From positions 1-57,002 of IMG/VR virus record IMGVR_UViG_3300020045_013711: 57,002 nt of DNA. One strand, written 5' to 3'. The position numbers and the translations under genes were made by a program. The stretch is from a virus (lineage: Duplodnaviria; Caudoviricetes). Shown piece after piece: positions 8,725-16,786 of this stretch; position 1 is the first letter of the stretch; each line of letters opens with the position of its first letter. The notes beneath the pieces were generated by a model, which saw nothing but the letters and a program-made list of their open reading frames with translations, was not told the DNA's origin and made no database searches.

Positions 8725-9084
8725 CTCAGCTTGTGAGCAACTTTGTGTTGAAAGAATTTTAATGGCATTTATTAGTCCATATTCTAAAGCATCTTCATAT
8801 TTTGAAAACAATTCTCCATAACCGTAATTACAATATTTTTCATCATCAACATTATTGATGGAAGTGGTAACACACACATCATATATTACTGGATGATTAT
8901 TTTGACTACTAAATTGATGTGATATTAATACATCTGTATTTTTTTGTTCTCGCAACCATTTTTGTAAAACAGATTGTGTTGGTTTTACTTCATAACATAT
9001 ACATTCAGTAAATCCTCCACAATTACAAGTTTTTAAATCAAAACCTATATTTTTTGCTAATTGAAATGTTTTATCAGAAATCAT
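8722..9084 (-). CDS. hypothetical phage protein (cassette cargo)
   Basis: 120 aa; PTQSVLQKWLRE...YEDALEYGL. Confidence 0.7.
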   Translation of the reverse strand: MISDKTFQLAKNIGFDLKTCNCGGFTECICYEVKPTQSVLQKWLREQKNTDVLISHQFSSQNNHPVIYDVCVTTSINNVDDEKYCNYGYGELFSKYEDALEYGLINAIKILSTQSCSQAE

Positions 9085-9108
9085 AATTTTGCGTTTAAAA
9101 AGCCGAAG

Positions 9109-9241
9109 TGATAACAGCTAGTATATTTCAGCTTGGCATCAGGCTTGATTAATAATTGATTTTGTGTCAGATTTATGGTTTCCCAACCGAAAGATTTGGC
9201 TTACTTGTCCCAGCCGAAATTATACTAGCGAACCGTTAACC
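9109..9241 (+). repeat. attC-like site L
   Basis: AGTGATAAC pairs with GTTATCACT (8718); arms gctagtatatttcagct / agccgaaattatactagc (one bulged T); GTT at 9235. Confidence 0.9.
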
Positions 9242-9607
9242 GTAATTCTCGTAACTATAGTCAATAAAAAGCTCTTCTTCTAAATCAATTTTAAATTGAA
9301 AACCATATCCCCAATGATTATCTCCGTTTTCATTAGCATTATTTCCACTTTCTGAAAATTCTACCCATAAATGACCTTCTGATAACCAGTTTGATAAAGT
9401 TAAATCATCAATTGTATCGCTTGTATCTGTTTGAAGTTCTTTAAAATCATAATTTAACGCTGTATATAATTCCTTTGCAAAATTATATTCTTCATCATTT
9501 TCTTTTAGATATTCTTCATAACTTTCTTGTGTCGGAAATTCTTTTAAATGATTAAGTTTTACTTTATTAAATATCTCTCTGTAATCTATAAAATCAACTA
9601 ATTGCAT
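9236..9607 (-). CDS. hypothetical acidic protein (cassette cargo)
   Basis: 123 aa; TAA stop lies in the GTTA box. Confidence 0.7.
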   Translation of the reverse strand: MQLVDFIDYREIFNKVKLNHLKEFPTQESYEEYLKENDEEYNFAKELYTALNYDFKELQTDTSDTIDDLTLSNWLSEGHLWVEFSESGNNANENGDNHWGYGFQFKIDLEEELFIDYSYENYG

Positions 9608-9617
9608 AATGAACTAC

Positions 9618-9751
9618 GGTTAACAGCTACTACAAAACATTTGGGTAACTGTGATTAATTAAAAAATAGTTTGTACCTGTTTTAATTCGTGAGTACTCGA
9701 ATATTTTAGCTTCCTTAATCCCAAACGATTTGTAGTAGCAAAACGTTACCA
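9618..9751 (+). repeat. attC-like site M
   Basis: TACGGTTAAC pairs with GTTAACCGTA (9235); arms gctactacaaaacatttggg / cccaaacgatttgtagtagc; GTT at 9745. Confidence 0.9.
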
Positions 9752-9757
9752 GTAATG

Positions 9758-9985
9758 CTACCCTCGCATACGGTTAACTCGAATTTGTAAATTTTCACGC
9801 TCTTCAAATAATTCACAAAGCCGTTTATTAAAATCATTATGACTACTTCCTTCTTTGGCTGTAACGTTTAATTCTTGCAATCCATTTAGTTTAATAGTTT
9901 CTCCTTTTTGAAGTCTATAAAGCATATCAATTGAACCGTTTATGATGTCAATTTTATTTTTCATATTTATTAAAAGTCTATTCAT
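9758..9985 (-). CDS. hypothetical protein (cassette cargo)
   Basis: 75 aa ORF filling the cassette. Confidence 0.65.
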   Translation of the reverse strand: MNRLLINMKNKIDIINGSIDMLYRLQKGETIKLNGLQELNVTAKEGSSHNDFNKRLCELFEERENLQIRVNRMRG

Positions 9986-10020
9986 TTTGATAAATTTAGC
10001 ATCCGAAAAAAAAGCACTAC

Positions 10021-10156
10021 TGGTAACAAGTGATATGAGCGATTTTCGGCATTGTGATTATTGATTTATTTTTTTGTACTTGGTAATATTATTTTGTGGC
10101 TGAAATATTGGCGATTCCTACTCCGAAAATCCGCACATATCACTGAACCGTTACCT
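10021..10156 (+). repeat. attC-like site N
   Basis: TACTGGTAAC pairs with GTTACCAGTA (9745); arms identical to site G; GTT at 10150. Confidence 0.9.
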
Positions 10157-10162
10157 GCTATG

Positions 10163-10576
10163 CTACCAATGAACTTCAAAGGGCATTTGTTCTATAATCT
10201 GTTTTCCAATTGGAATTGATAGGATTATATTTTTAAAGTCTTTAAAATCAATTTTTTCTTTTGTCCAAAAAACAGATTTTGTTCCACTTCTATTGTCTTT
10301 ACAACTCCCAGAAATTCCACAAATATAATATCCATCAATTTCTAAATAAGTTATTAATCCTTTGCCTGTATATGGTGGTACAATATCTTCTGGACTAAAC
10401 GGCAAATCTCTAAACCAAACTTTACTTTTCAAAAGCCTTTCTTTTTGCAAAATCCAAAAATAATGCCCTGCACTCGTTAAGTCTGTTCCAAAGTAATCAA
10501 GCACAGCAGGTAACAGCGGTTTTGTGCTATTGCCTAATTCGTCTTGAACCTTATTATTGTTTTGTTCTTCAATCAT
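10163..10576 (-). CDS. hypothetical protein (cassette cargo)
   Basis: likely start MIEEQNN at 10576, inside attC O loop. Confidence 0.7.
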   Translation of the reverse strand: MIEEQNNNKVQDELGNSTKPLLPAVLDYFGTDLTSAGHYFWILQKERLLKSKVWFRDLPFSPEDIVPPYTGKGLITYLEIDGYYICGISGSCKDNRSGTKSVFWTKEKIDFKDFKNIILSIPIGKQIIEQMPFEVHW

Positions 10577-10641
10577 TTGTCTTAAATTTAAAGTTTTAGG
10601 TGTGTTTTTAGGCAACATCACAAAGCCACGAACCGTTAGGG
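10508..10641 (+). repeat. attC-like site O
   Basis: AGCAGGTAAC pairs with GTTACCTGCT (10150); arms gcggttttgtgctattgccta / taggcaacatcacaaagccac; GTT at 10635. Confidence 0.9.
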
Positions 10642-10654
10642 CAAATAGCTCTAT

Positions 10655-11086
10655 TTAGTTTTTCAGAACAACTATCATACTATCGTGCATCCCGCTTTGT
10701 TTTGGTGTATAGATGTTTCCGTTTTCGTCAAAAGTTCCAAATCTTAATCTACCTTTTACGAATCGAATATCTTTTGCGTTTGGCAAGATCTTTTCGTGAA
10801 ATAATTTTGTTGAAGTACTTACCGGAATAAGCAAAACACATACATTCCCTTTTTTGCTTTCTTCAATTGCTCTATCAACAAAAGCTTCTTTTAATTTTCG
10901 GGAATAAGGAGGATTAATAAAATTAGATTTCCCCCATTTTATCAACAATCCATCTTTATCACTTGTAATTTTTTCTTTGTTCAGCGGGCAAGGGTCAAAA
11001 TCAAAATTAAATTCAGCATTCAATTCATCATAAAATTCTTTTGGAGTAGCCCAATTGTCTGAGTGATCTAAATTTCTATTTTTCAT
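10655..11086 (-). CDS. phage DNA N6-adenine methyltransferase (cassette cargo)
   Basis: DNWATP, FDFDPCP, FINPPYS motifs of the short phage Dam family. Confidence 0.85.
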   Translation of the reverse strand: MKNRNLDHSDNWATPKEFYDELNAEFNFDFDPCPLNKEKITSDKDGLLIKWGKSNFINPPYSRKLKEAFVDRAIEESKKGNVCVLLIPVSTSTKLFHEKILPNAKDIRFVKGRLRFGTFDENGNIYTPKQSGMHDSMIVVLKN

Positions 11087-11289
11087 AATTTATTAAATAT
11101 TCGTCTAACAAAATATCCTCTTACAATGCTTGTAATAAAAAACACAGCGGTAATAATTAGATTTTGAGAAAATGTTACAGGAATATTTAATAATGGATAA
11201 ATAATAGCCTGTATTAATATTGAAGTCAGTAACCCGATTATCGTTTGAGATACGCTTTCTATTATTGAATGTTTTTTGGTTTGTTTCAT
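11083..11289 (-). CDS. small membrane protein (cassette cargo)
   Basis: MKQTKKHSIIES, two hydrophobic helices, RGYFVRRIFN. Confidence 0.7.
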   Translation of the reverse strand: MKQTKKHSIIESVSQTIIGLLTSILIQAIIYPLLNIPVTFSQNLIITAVFFITSIVRGYFVRRIFNKL

Positions 11290-11320
11290 AACAACTTTTT
11301 CGTTAAAAATTCACTACTTG

Positions 11321-11411
11321 CCCTAACATATGCTACAAGCTATATGCACGGCTTTAGTTTTTCAGTTCATATTTATTGCTGGCATACAGCTTGTAGCATC
11401 CGCCGTTATCG
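11321..11411 (+). repeat. attC-like site P (short class, last in array)
   Basis: TTGCCCTAAC pairs with GTTAGGGCAA (10635); arms atgctacaagctatatgc / gcatacagcttgtagcat; GTT at 11405. Confidence 0.9.
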
Positions 11412-11510
11412 CCAATACTACAATCTTTTTCTATTAATAATCAATACTCCAATCAATAGAATTACAGATATTAATACCCCTAAGTCATTTATTACATTTT
11501 GTATCATAAT

Positions 11511-11720
11511 CTAGTTACTTTTAATAATCACCTGATCCATTTTAAAAACCCCTGTTCTCCTTATTTTATCGCCATTGAATTCTACTATAAAAATAGAATC
11601 ATTCACTATTTTAAAGTCGTTTGTGTAGAAATTACCGTTTGGAGTAATTATCTTGTAGTTTGTAGCGTAGTGAACTTTGCAACCTACGCATAAAATGAGT
11701 ATTAGTATTAATTTTTTCAT
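11511..11720 (-). CDS. putative lipoprotein
   Basis: MKKLILILILCVGC lipobox-like signal; start 11720. Confidence 0.6.
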   Translation of the reverse strand: MKKLILILILCVGCKVHYATNYKIITPNGNFYTNDFKIVNDSIFIVEFNGDKIRRTGVFKMDQVIIKSN

Positions 11721-11753
11721 TTTGTTGATTTTAATTATTGTTATTTCAATACT

Positions 11754-11825
11754 CAAATGTATAAAATATACATTTACAAAAAACATTTATTTTTGTTTTA
11801 TGGTTAATTTATATTGATTATAAAT
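11754..11825 (-). promoter_or_regulatory. promoter (TACATTTG) facing the cassette array, with TGTAT-N5-ATACA operator and 19-bp palindrome
   Basis: caaatgtataaaatatacattt at 11754-11775; atttatattgattataaat at 11807-11825. Confidence 0.65.
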
Positions 11826-11828
11826 AGC

Positions 11829-11856
11829 AAAAACCCCGAAACAATTCGAGGTTTTT
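11829..11856 (-). terminator. intrinsic terminator after portal
   Basis: aaaaaccccgaa / ttcgaggttttt. Confidence 0.65.
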
Positions 11857-11874
11857 ATAATAAGCTAAATATTT

Positions 11875-13308
11875 TTATACTGTTGGTATTGGTGATTCTT
11901 CAACAGGATTCTCTTTTTCTATTTTTTCAATTTCAGAATCAATATCAGAAACTAATCCTAATAGTTTAACTCTTGTTTCCATTGACATAGATTTTGATGA
12001 AGAACCATTCAATGCAATTGTACTGTTTTGTTCTAAATCAACCGGCAGAATAGAATTGAATTTAATATCAATTACTAAGTCATTTGTTTGAGTTTTAGAT
12101 TTAACATTCACAACTCCGGTTATTCCAGATATTAAAATATTAATTATTCGCTCTACAATAGTTCTGTTTTGACCTTCATTCATTTTTGCCTTAATGATCG
12201 GGTCTAAAAACATTAATTTTAATGCTACTCCAGATATAGCCCCGATGCTTTTCATTTTTTCAAAAGAAATATCAGGCGTTTGTGTCATTGAAAATATAAG
12301 TTCTCTAATAGTTTCCATTTCCAATTTAACAGCTTCAGGTGCGTTATCATTGGTTAAAAACTTAGCATCACCATTATAAGGTTTATTAACATCTTCGTCT
12401 TTAAATTTAATTGGAAAATTGATTGTTTTTCCATCATCATTCATTTCTGGCAATATATTTAAATCGCCATAAGTTAATAAAATTGGATGGCCTGAATAAT
12501 CATTTGAAACTCCTAATTTAGATAAAGCAACTTCATAACGGTCAATCAATAATTCAACATCAAACCATTCTGGATATTGTTGCTGCATGTAAACAATTGG
12601 AATTCTATCAAATCCATGCGGTTCTGTATTATTTAATTTAAGAGTTCCTGATTCATCGCTAATTTTATAAACATTAATTTCATCAAATACCCAAGTATTA
12701 TTAATATCCTTATCTTCTGAATTTTTAGTCACAAATTGCCATGTAAAAGCTTTCATGTCATTTGTAGCATCAAAATAAGGAAACATCAAACCCTCTTTTA
12801 AAGTCAAGACATTTGACCTAATATCTTTAGCTTTACTTGCTCCTGGTTGTTGAGTTACTTTTGTGCCTGTTGATGCTTTACGTATAAAAAAATGAATAGC
12901 ACATTCAGTTTCAGTTTTCTGAATTGTTTTTGCTTTTTGAAGTTTATCATCCATTCTATTTGATTTCCATAAACGGATAAGTTCTTGGAATAAATCATTA
13001 TCCTCGCTTGGAGTTAAAGTTACCGGCTCCCCAACTTCAAAAGCGGCCGATGTTGTAACAATCTTTTTTGCATAATTAACAGGTGAACGAATCGATTTAA
13101 CTACTCTTTGTTTATCTCCGGTTCCAATAGTTTTATCTTTCTGAACATTTCCTACTTGAGTTGGCCTAATCGTTCTATCAAGTTCATTATATTCTTTAAC
13201 ATAAGTTTCAATAACTGAATGATCTTTACCCTGACTTGTAAGTTTTGAAATTACTTTATCCAATTCTGGACTATTTACGATTTCTTTTATCGTTGATTCT
13301 TCTTCCAT
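11875..13308 (-). CDS. phage portal protein, SPP1 gp6-like
   Basis: 477 aa after TerL; PHGFDRIPIV, LIDRYE, TPDISFE, SGVALKLMF. Confidence 0.9.
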   Translation of the reverse strand: MEEESTIKEIVNSPELDKVISKLTSQGKDHSVIETYVKEYNELDRTIRPTQVGNVQKDKTIGTGDKQRVVKSIRSPVNYAKKIVTTSAAFEVGEPVTLTPSEDNDLFQELIRLWKSNRMDDKLQKAKTIQKTETECAIHFFIRKASTGTKVTQQPGASKAKDIRSNVLTLKEGLMFPYFDATNDMKAFTWQFVTKNSEDKDINNTWVFDEINVYKISDESGTLKLNNTEPHGFDRIPIVYMQQQYPEWFDVELLIDRYEVALSKLGVSNDYSGHPILLTYGDLNILPEMNDDGKTINFPIKFKDEDVNKPYNGDAKFLTNDNAPEAVKLEMETIRELIFSMTQTPDISFEKMKSIGAISGVALKLMFLDPIIKAKMNEGQNRTIVERIINILISGITGVVNVKSKTQTNDLVIDIKFNSILPVDLEQNSTIALNGSSSKSMSMETRVKLLGLVSDIDSEIEKIEKENPVEESPIPTV

Positions 13309-13325
13309 CTTAAAAATATTTTATA

Positions 13326-14801
13326 TTAATAATTTAATCCTAATTGTCTTGGTGTTTTGGTCATTTTGTCTTCAACCGGAACAGATTTATATGCCATATG
13401 TCTATAACGAGCAGAATCCCACATATGATTAAATTTATCAACAGGTTGATTAATGAAAATTCCATTTATTTCACGTAATTTATAGTTTTGCTGTTCAGTT
13501 TTAGCAAATTTAATTAAACTATTGTTCACAATATGAATTTTCTTTTCTTTCATTGCTAACAAATGAAACATTACAGATTTGGTTTTGTTTACTTTAGATA
13601 TTTTCCATCCCTTTTTTCTAAGGTCTTTTACCATTTCAACGGCTCCATTATTTTCAGATGTATATTTATCTGAGCTATCGGCTGTAATCGGTAATTCTTT
13701 ATCAATTTTAATAGCTTCTAAAAATTCATGTACGGCTTCCGAACTTTCAATTGGATGATAAGAAAGTAATTCAATCCATATATTTTTTTCATCTTCAGCG
13801 CATTTTGTAAGTGTACATGGATCAGTTGTAAATCCAAAATCCAAACCATAAGAAAATGCAATATCTGGAAATTCATCAATATAATTTACATTTTTAAATA
13901 TTTGGCCTTTCATTGCTCCACGTAATCCAAGTCCGTAAACTTTCCACATGTATTCATCAGAAGTTCCGTTTACAATATTTGTTGGATGTGGTGCGGGTTG
14001 GTTTTTATCACTTATTACTTCAACTTTTCCGGTTGCTTTATTGTAGCAGTGAATTTCATCATTTTTTACAATATAACTACCAGGCTTCCATGGTTCATAT
14101 CCTAATATTTTATTTCGTTCACCAATAGAAATAAATGGATTGTCTTTGTATGTTGTTTTTAAAGATACAACATCTGGTCTACTGCATACTTTATCAAAAA
14201 ACCAATGATCTGTAAATGATGGATTGTAATCAGCCCACCAGAATTTACGACAACGCATTTCAACTTGATCGAATAATGAATTTGAAATAAACATTACTTC
14301 ATTGAAAAATGCATAATCACAACCTCCACCATGCTTTCCATCTCCCAGAAAAGAAATTGTATTTTTCCCAATCTTAAAACTTTTTACCTCTTTAGCATTA
14401 TGAAAAGGATTTGGTAAATCGAAATCATCTAAACGCCTTTTAAAATCATCATAAAGAGTTGTTTTAAATTCGTTGTATGTTTCACGATAAATATTAATAG
14501 AGCTTCTTGTTTCTTTGAACAAACAAAGCCAAATTATTATATCAACTCCTGACCATGTTTTTCCAGAACGTGAAGAACCTGGCAATTCAGCACCACGATA
14601 ACCGGATATTAACTCACCTTTTTCATTATAAGATTGTTCGTTTATTGATTTTTGAAGTATCTTGTAATTAGGATTTTTTTCAGCATTGGGATCATTTAAT
14701 GAATTTCTAAAGCTATATGTTTTTTCTTCATCTAACAATTTTGCAACTAAACGTAATTCATCATCGCTTAGTTTTGTTAAATCATATTGGCTTAAATCCA
14801 T
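13326..14801 (-). CDS. terL: terminase large subunit (PBSX-like)
   Basis: Walker A GSSRSGKT; FFNEV; DYNPS; GLDFGFTTDP; DKFNHMWDSARY. Confidence 0.9.
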   Translation of the reverse strand: MDLSQYDLTKLSDDELRLVAKLLDEEKTYSFRNSLNDPNAEKNPNYKILQKSINEQSYNEKGELISGYRGAELPGSSRSGKTWSGVDIIIWLCLFKETRSSINIYRETYNEFKTTLYDDFKRRLDDFDLPNPFHNAKEVKSFKIGKNTISFLGDGKHGGGCDYAFFNEVMFISNSLFDQVEMRCRKFWWADYNPSFTDHWFFDKVCSRPDVVSLKTTYKDNPFISIGERNKILGYEPWKPGSYIVKNDEIHCYNKATGKVEVISDKNQPAPHPTNIVNGTSDEYMWKVYGLGLRGAMKGQIFKNVNYIDEFPDIAFSYGLDFGFTTDPCTLTKCAEDEKNIWIELLSYHPIESSEAVHEFLEAIKIDKELPITADSSDKYTSENNGAVEMVKDLRKKGWKISKVNKTKSVMFHLLAMKEKKIHIVNNSLIKFAKTEQQNYKLREINGIFINQPVDKFNHMWDSARYRHMAYKSVPVEDKMTKTPRQLGLNY

Positions 14802-14804
14802 TAT

Positions 14805-15401
14805 TTATTTTTTAGTCTTTTCAAGTATTTTATTCAATAATTCAGATCTTTCAATAGAAGAAAGTTCACCAGCTTTCTGAAAATTATCTTTTTCATAGAA
14901 TCCAATGTGTTTATTAATTTTTTCAATAGTCCATTCAACACCATGAAGTTTTAATTCAATCCCATAACGAGTTTGTTTTATTGATTCAATACACATTAAT
15001 TGTTCTTCTGTAAGTTCACTAAATGCTTTAAAGAAAACAACAGGTCGCTCTTCCATTATCGGTTCGTCATTATCATCTTTTTGACCAGAATCAACCATTT
15101 CATATTCTAAACGAACGTATTCATCAATTCGGGCCTTTCTTAAAATATTTAAATGTCTTAAAATCTCTTCTGAAGTAACTCCAAATTTTTCTTTTGCAAT
15201 TTTTTCGGCTTCTTTTTGGAGTTCTTGAACCCTTACCAACACGTTACCATTATTAAATACTTGCTGCGCTTTTATATTTATGACATTAGACTTCATTTTA
15301 TCGCACTTGTAAACCTCTCTGTAAGCAGTTGATTTTTCGCCTGTACGCATGTAAGCCTGAGCAAAAGCTTCTTGTTTATATGTTAGTTTTTTTTCTGCCA
15401 T
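14805..15401 (-). CDS. terS: terminase small subunit
   Basis: KLTYKQEAFAQAYM...AYREVY HTH; upstream of TerL. Confidence 0.85.
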   Translation of the reverse strand: MAEKKLTYKQEAFAQAYMRTGEKSTAYREVYKCDKMKSNVINIKAQQVFNNGNVLVRVQELQKEAEKIAKEKFGVTSEEILRHLNILRKARIDEYVRLEYEMVDSGQKDDNDEPIMEERPVVFFKAFSELTEEQLMCIESIKQTRYGIELKLHGVEWTIEKINKHIGFYEKDNFQKAGELSSIERSELLNKILEKTKK

Positions 15402-15554
15402 TTGCTTTTTATTTTTAATGCAAAAAACCTGATGGTTATTTATCATCAAGTTTTTTATTTATTATTTTACGATATACTTTGTTAACAGATTCTTTATTGC
15501 AGCCTCTTTGTCTATAGAACTCCATAACAATGGTAATTCTTTCAATTAGCGATT

Positions 15555-15785
15555 TCATTTTAAAATAGATTTAATTGCACCTGATTCAATTGCATCATCG
15601 ATAAATTTTACAACTGCTTTTCTTTTAGCTGCTGATAATTGTGATTTACCTTGTCTTATTAATCCGTATTCATGAATAGCTTGCCACATTTGATTTTTAG
15701 CATTGTTTTCTGCTAATATTCTTTCGGCTCTTTTTTGAAGTTTTCTTTTTATGAATGCATTTAATTGCTTTAATGGGTTTTTCAT
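15555..15785 (-). CDS. hypothetical protein
   Basis: 76 aa ORF. Confidence 0.6.
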   Translation of the reverse strand: MKNPLKQLNAFIKRKLQKRAERILAENNAKNQMWQAIHEYGLIRQGKSQLSAAKRKAVVKFIDDAIESGAIKSILK

Positions 15786-15787
15786 AA

Positions 15788-16027
15788 TTAAAAACTTATT
15801 TTAGTGTATTCAAATCTCATTTGATCTTCAAAAGTTTCCACTCTAAAACCTCTATCAAGAAGTAGTGTTCTGTTTACATCAGAAATTGTTCCAGAAACTT
15901 GAAAAAATCTATTACCATTACTAGCGGCATTGTTTAATGCAGTTAAATAATAATCCAAGTCTTTATCATTGGTTTTTGCTATTTCTCTTAGCTCAAATGC
16001 AGTTTGAATTCGTTTTTCTTTTTCCAT
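15788..16027 (-). CDS. hypothetical protein
   Basis: 79 aa ORF. Confidence 0.6.
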   Translation of the reverse strand: MEKEKRIQTAFELREIAKTNDKDLDYYLTALNNAASNGNRFFQVSGTISDVNRTLLLDRGFRVETFEDQMRFEYTKISF

Positions 16028-16042
16028 GGTATTAGTTTTTAG

Positions 16043-16222
16043 TTAAAATATAATATTTACTTGATCGGTGTTCATATCCAATCTTCGGTCCTTTAATTCC
16101 TGTGAGAAATCCAAAAACGCAAAACCAATAAGCTCAGCATCATTTGTTTCAACTCCTTCAACATAGATTTTGCCATCTACAACTTTTAAAGTTGGTTCTT
16201 TTACTTCGATTTCTATTGGCAT
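16043..16222 (-). CDS. hypothetical protein (MPIEIEVKEPTLKVVDGKIYVEG...)
   Basis: 59 aa, manual translation, below ORF-track cutoff. Confidence 0.55.
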   Translation of the reverse strand: MPIEIEVKEPTLKVVDGKIYVEGVETNDAELIGFAFLDFSQELKDRRLDMNTDQVNIIF

Positions 16223-16674
16223 GGTTATCTTTTTTTTGGATTAATTGTTTTGTCTCCACCGCGTGAACAATGTTGACTAAACCCTTATATTTACTGACTT
16301 TTTATTTTAACTTTTTAAAAAATATACACTTAATTTCAGTTAGTATCACATGTGTTTTTTATAATGATAATTTAGGGACTTCAAAACCTTATTATCATAA
16401 CGCTAAACGATCACATTTTATACTAGCCTACTATTTACCTGGCTAAACGCAAATGATCTCACAATCCTAGTACTGAGTAATGATTTAAAGACCTACTTAA
16501 CGAGCCTGAGAGTTACCCATTTCCGATTTATCAGAATCAATTAACTAAAATCAGTTTGTATATTTATTTATAGTGTAAATGTACTAAAATTTAAAACAAA
16601 CGTGTAAAAAAAGATTAAAAAGGATATGTTTTAAATGCTTTTTGATTGTTTTTGTGTAAAAACTGACTTAAAAT

Positions 16675-16705
16675 AAAAAAACCGATACTTCGAAATATCG
16701 GTTTT
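16675..16705 (-). terminator. intrinsic terminator
   Basis: aaaaccgata / tatcggtttt with minus-strand U-tract. Confidence 0.65.
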
Positions 16706-16786
16706 AAAACCTTAACTGGCAGCGGGTCCCCAAAACCATTAATATTGATAAACCTACATATCATATTAATTTGCTACCAGATAAGG

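Larger units (their letters stand above)
1825..11411 (+). mobile_element. integron-like cassette array, distal arm (16 attC-like sites, 15 complete cassettes)
   Basis: regular alternation of short ORF(s) and TAAC-arm-loop-arm-CGTTA palindromes; each cassette's opening GTTA+5-6 nt is the reverse complement of its closing R'' box. Confidence 0.9.

Noticed and set aside
1825-11411. CRISPR array
   Set aside because: Repeats are divergent 90-138 bp palindromes separated by whole genes; no cas genes.
1825-11411. Palindromes as ordinary terminators or REP elements
   Set aside because: Loops are 35-95 nt, there are no U-tracts, TAAC/GTTA ends are invariant, and the cassette-specific end pairing is not explained by termination.
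16330-16420. dif-like XerC/D attP site
   Set aside because: No convincing TTATGTTAAA arm with correct spacing.
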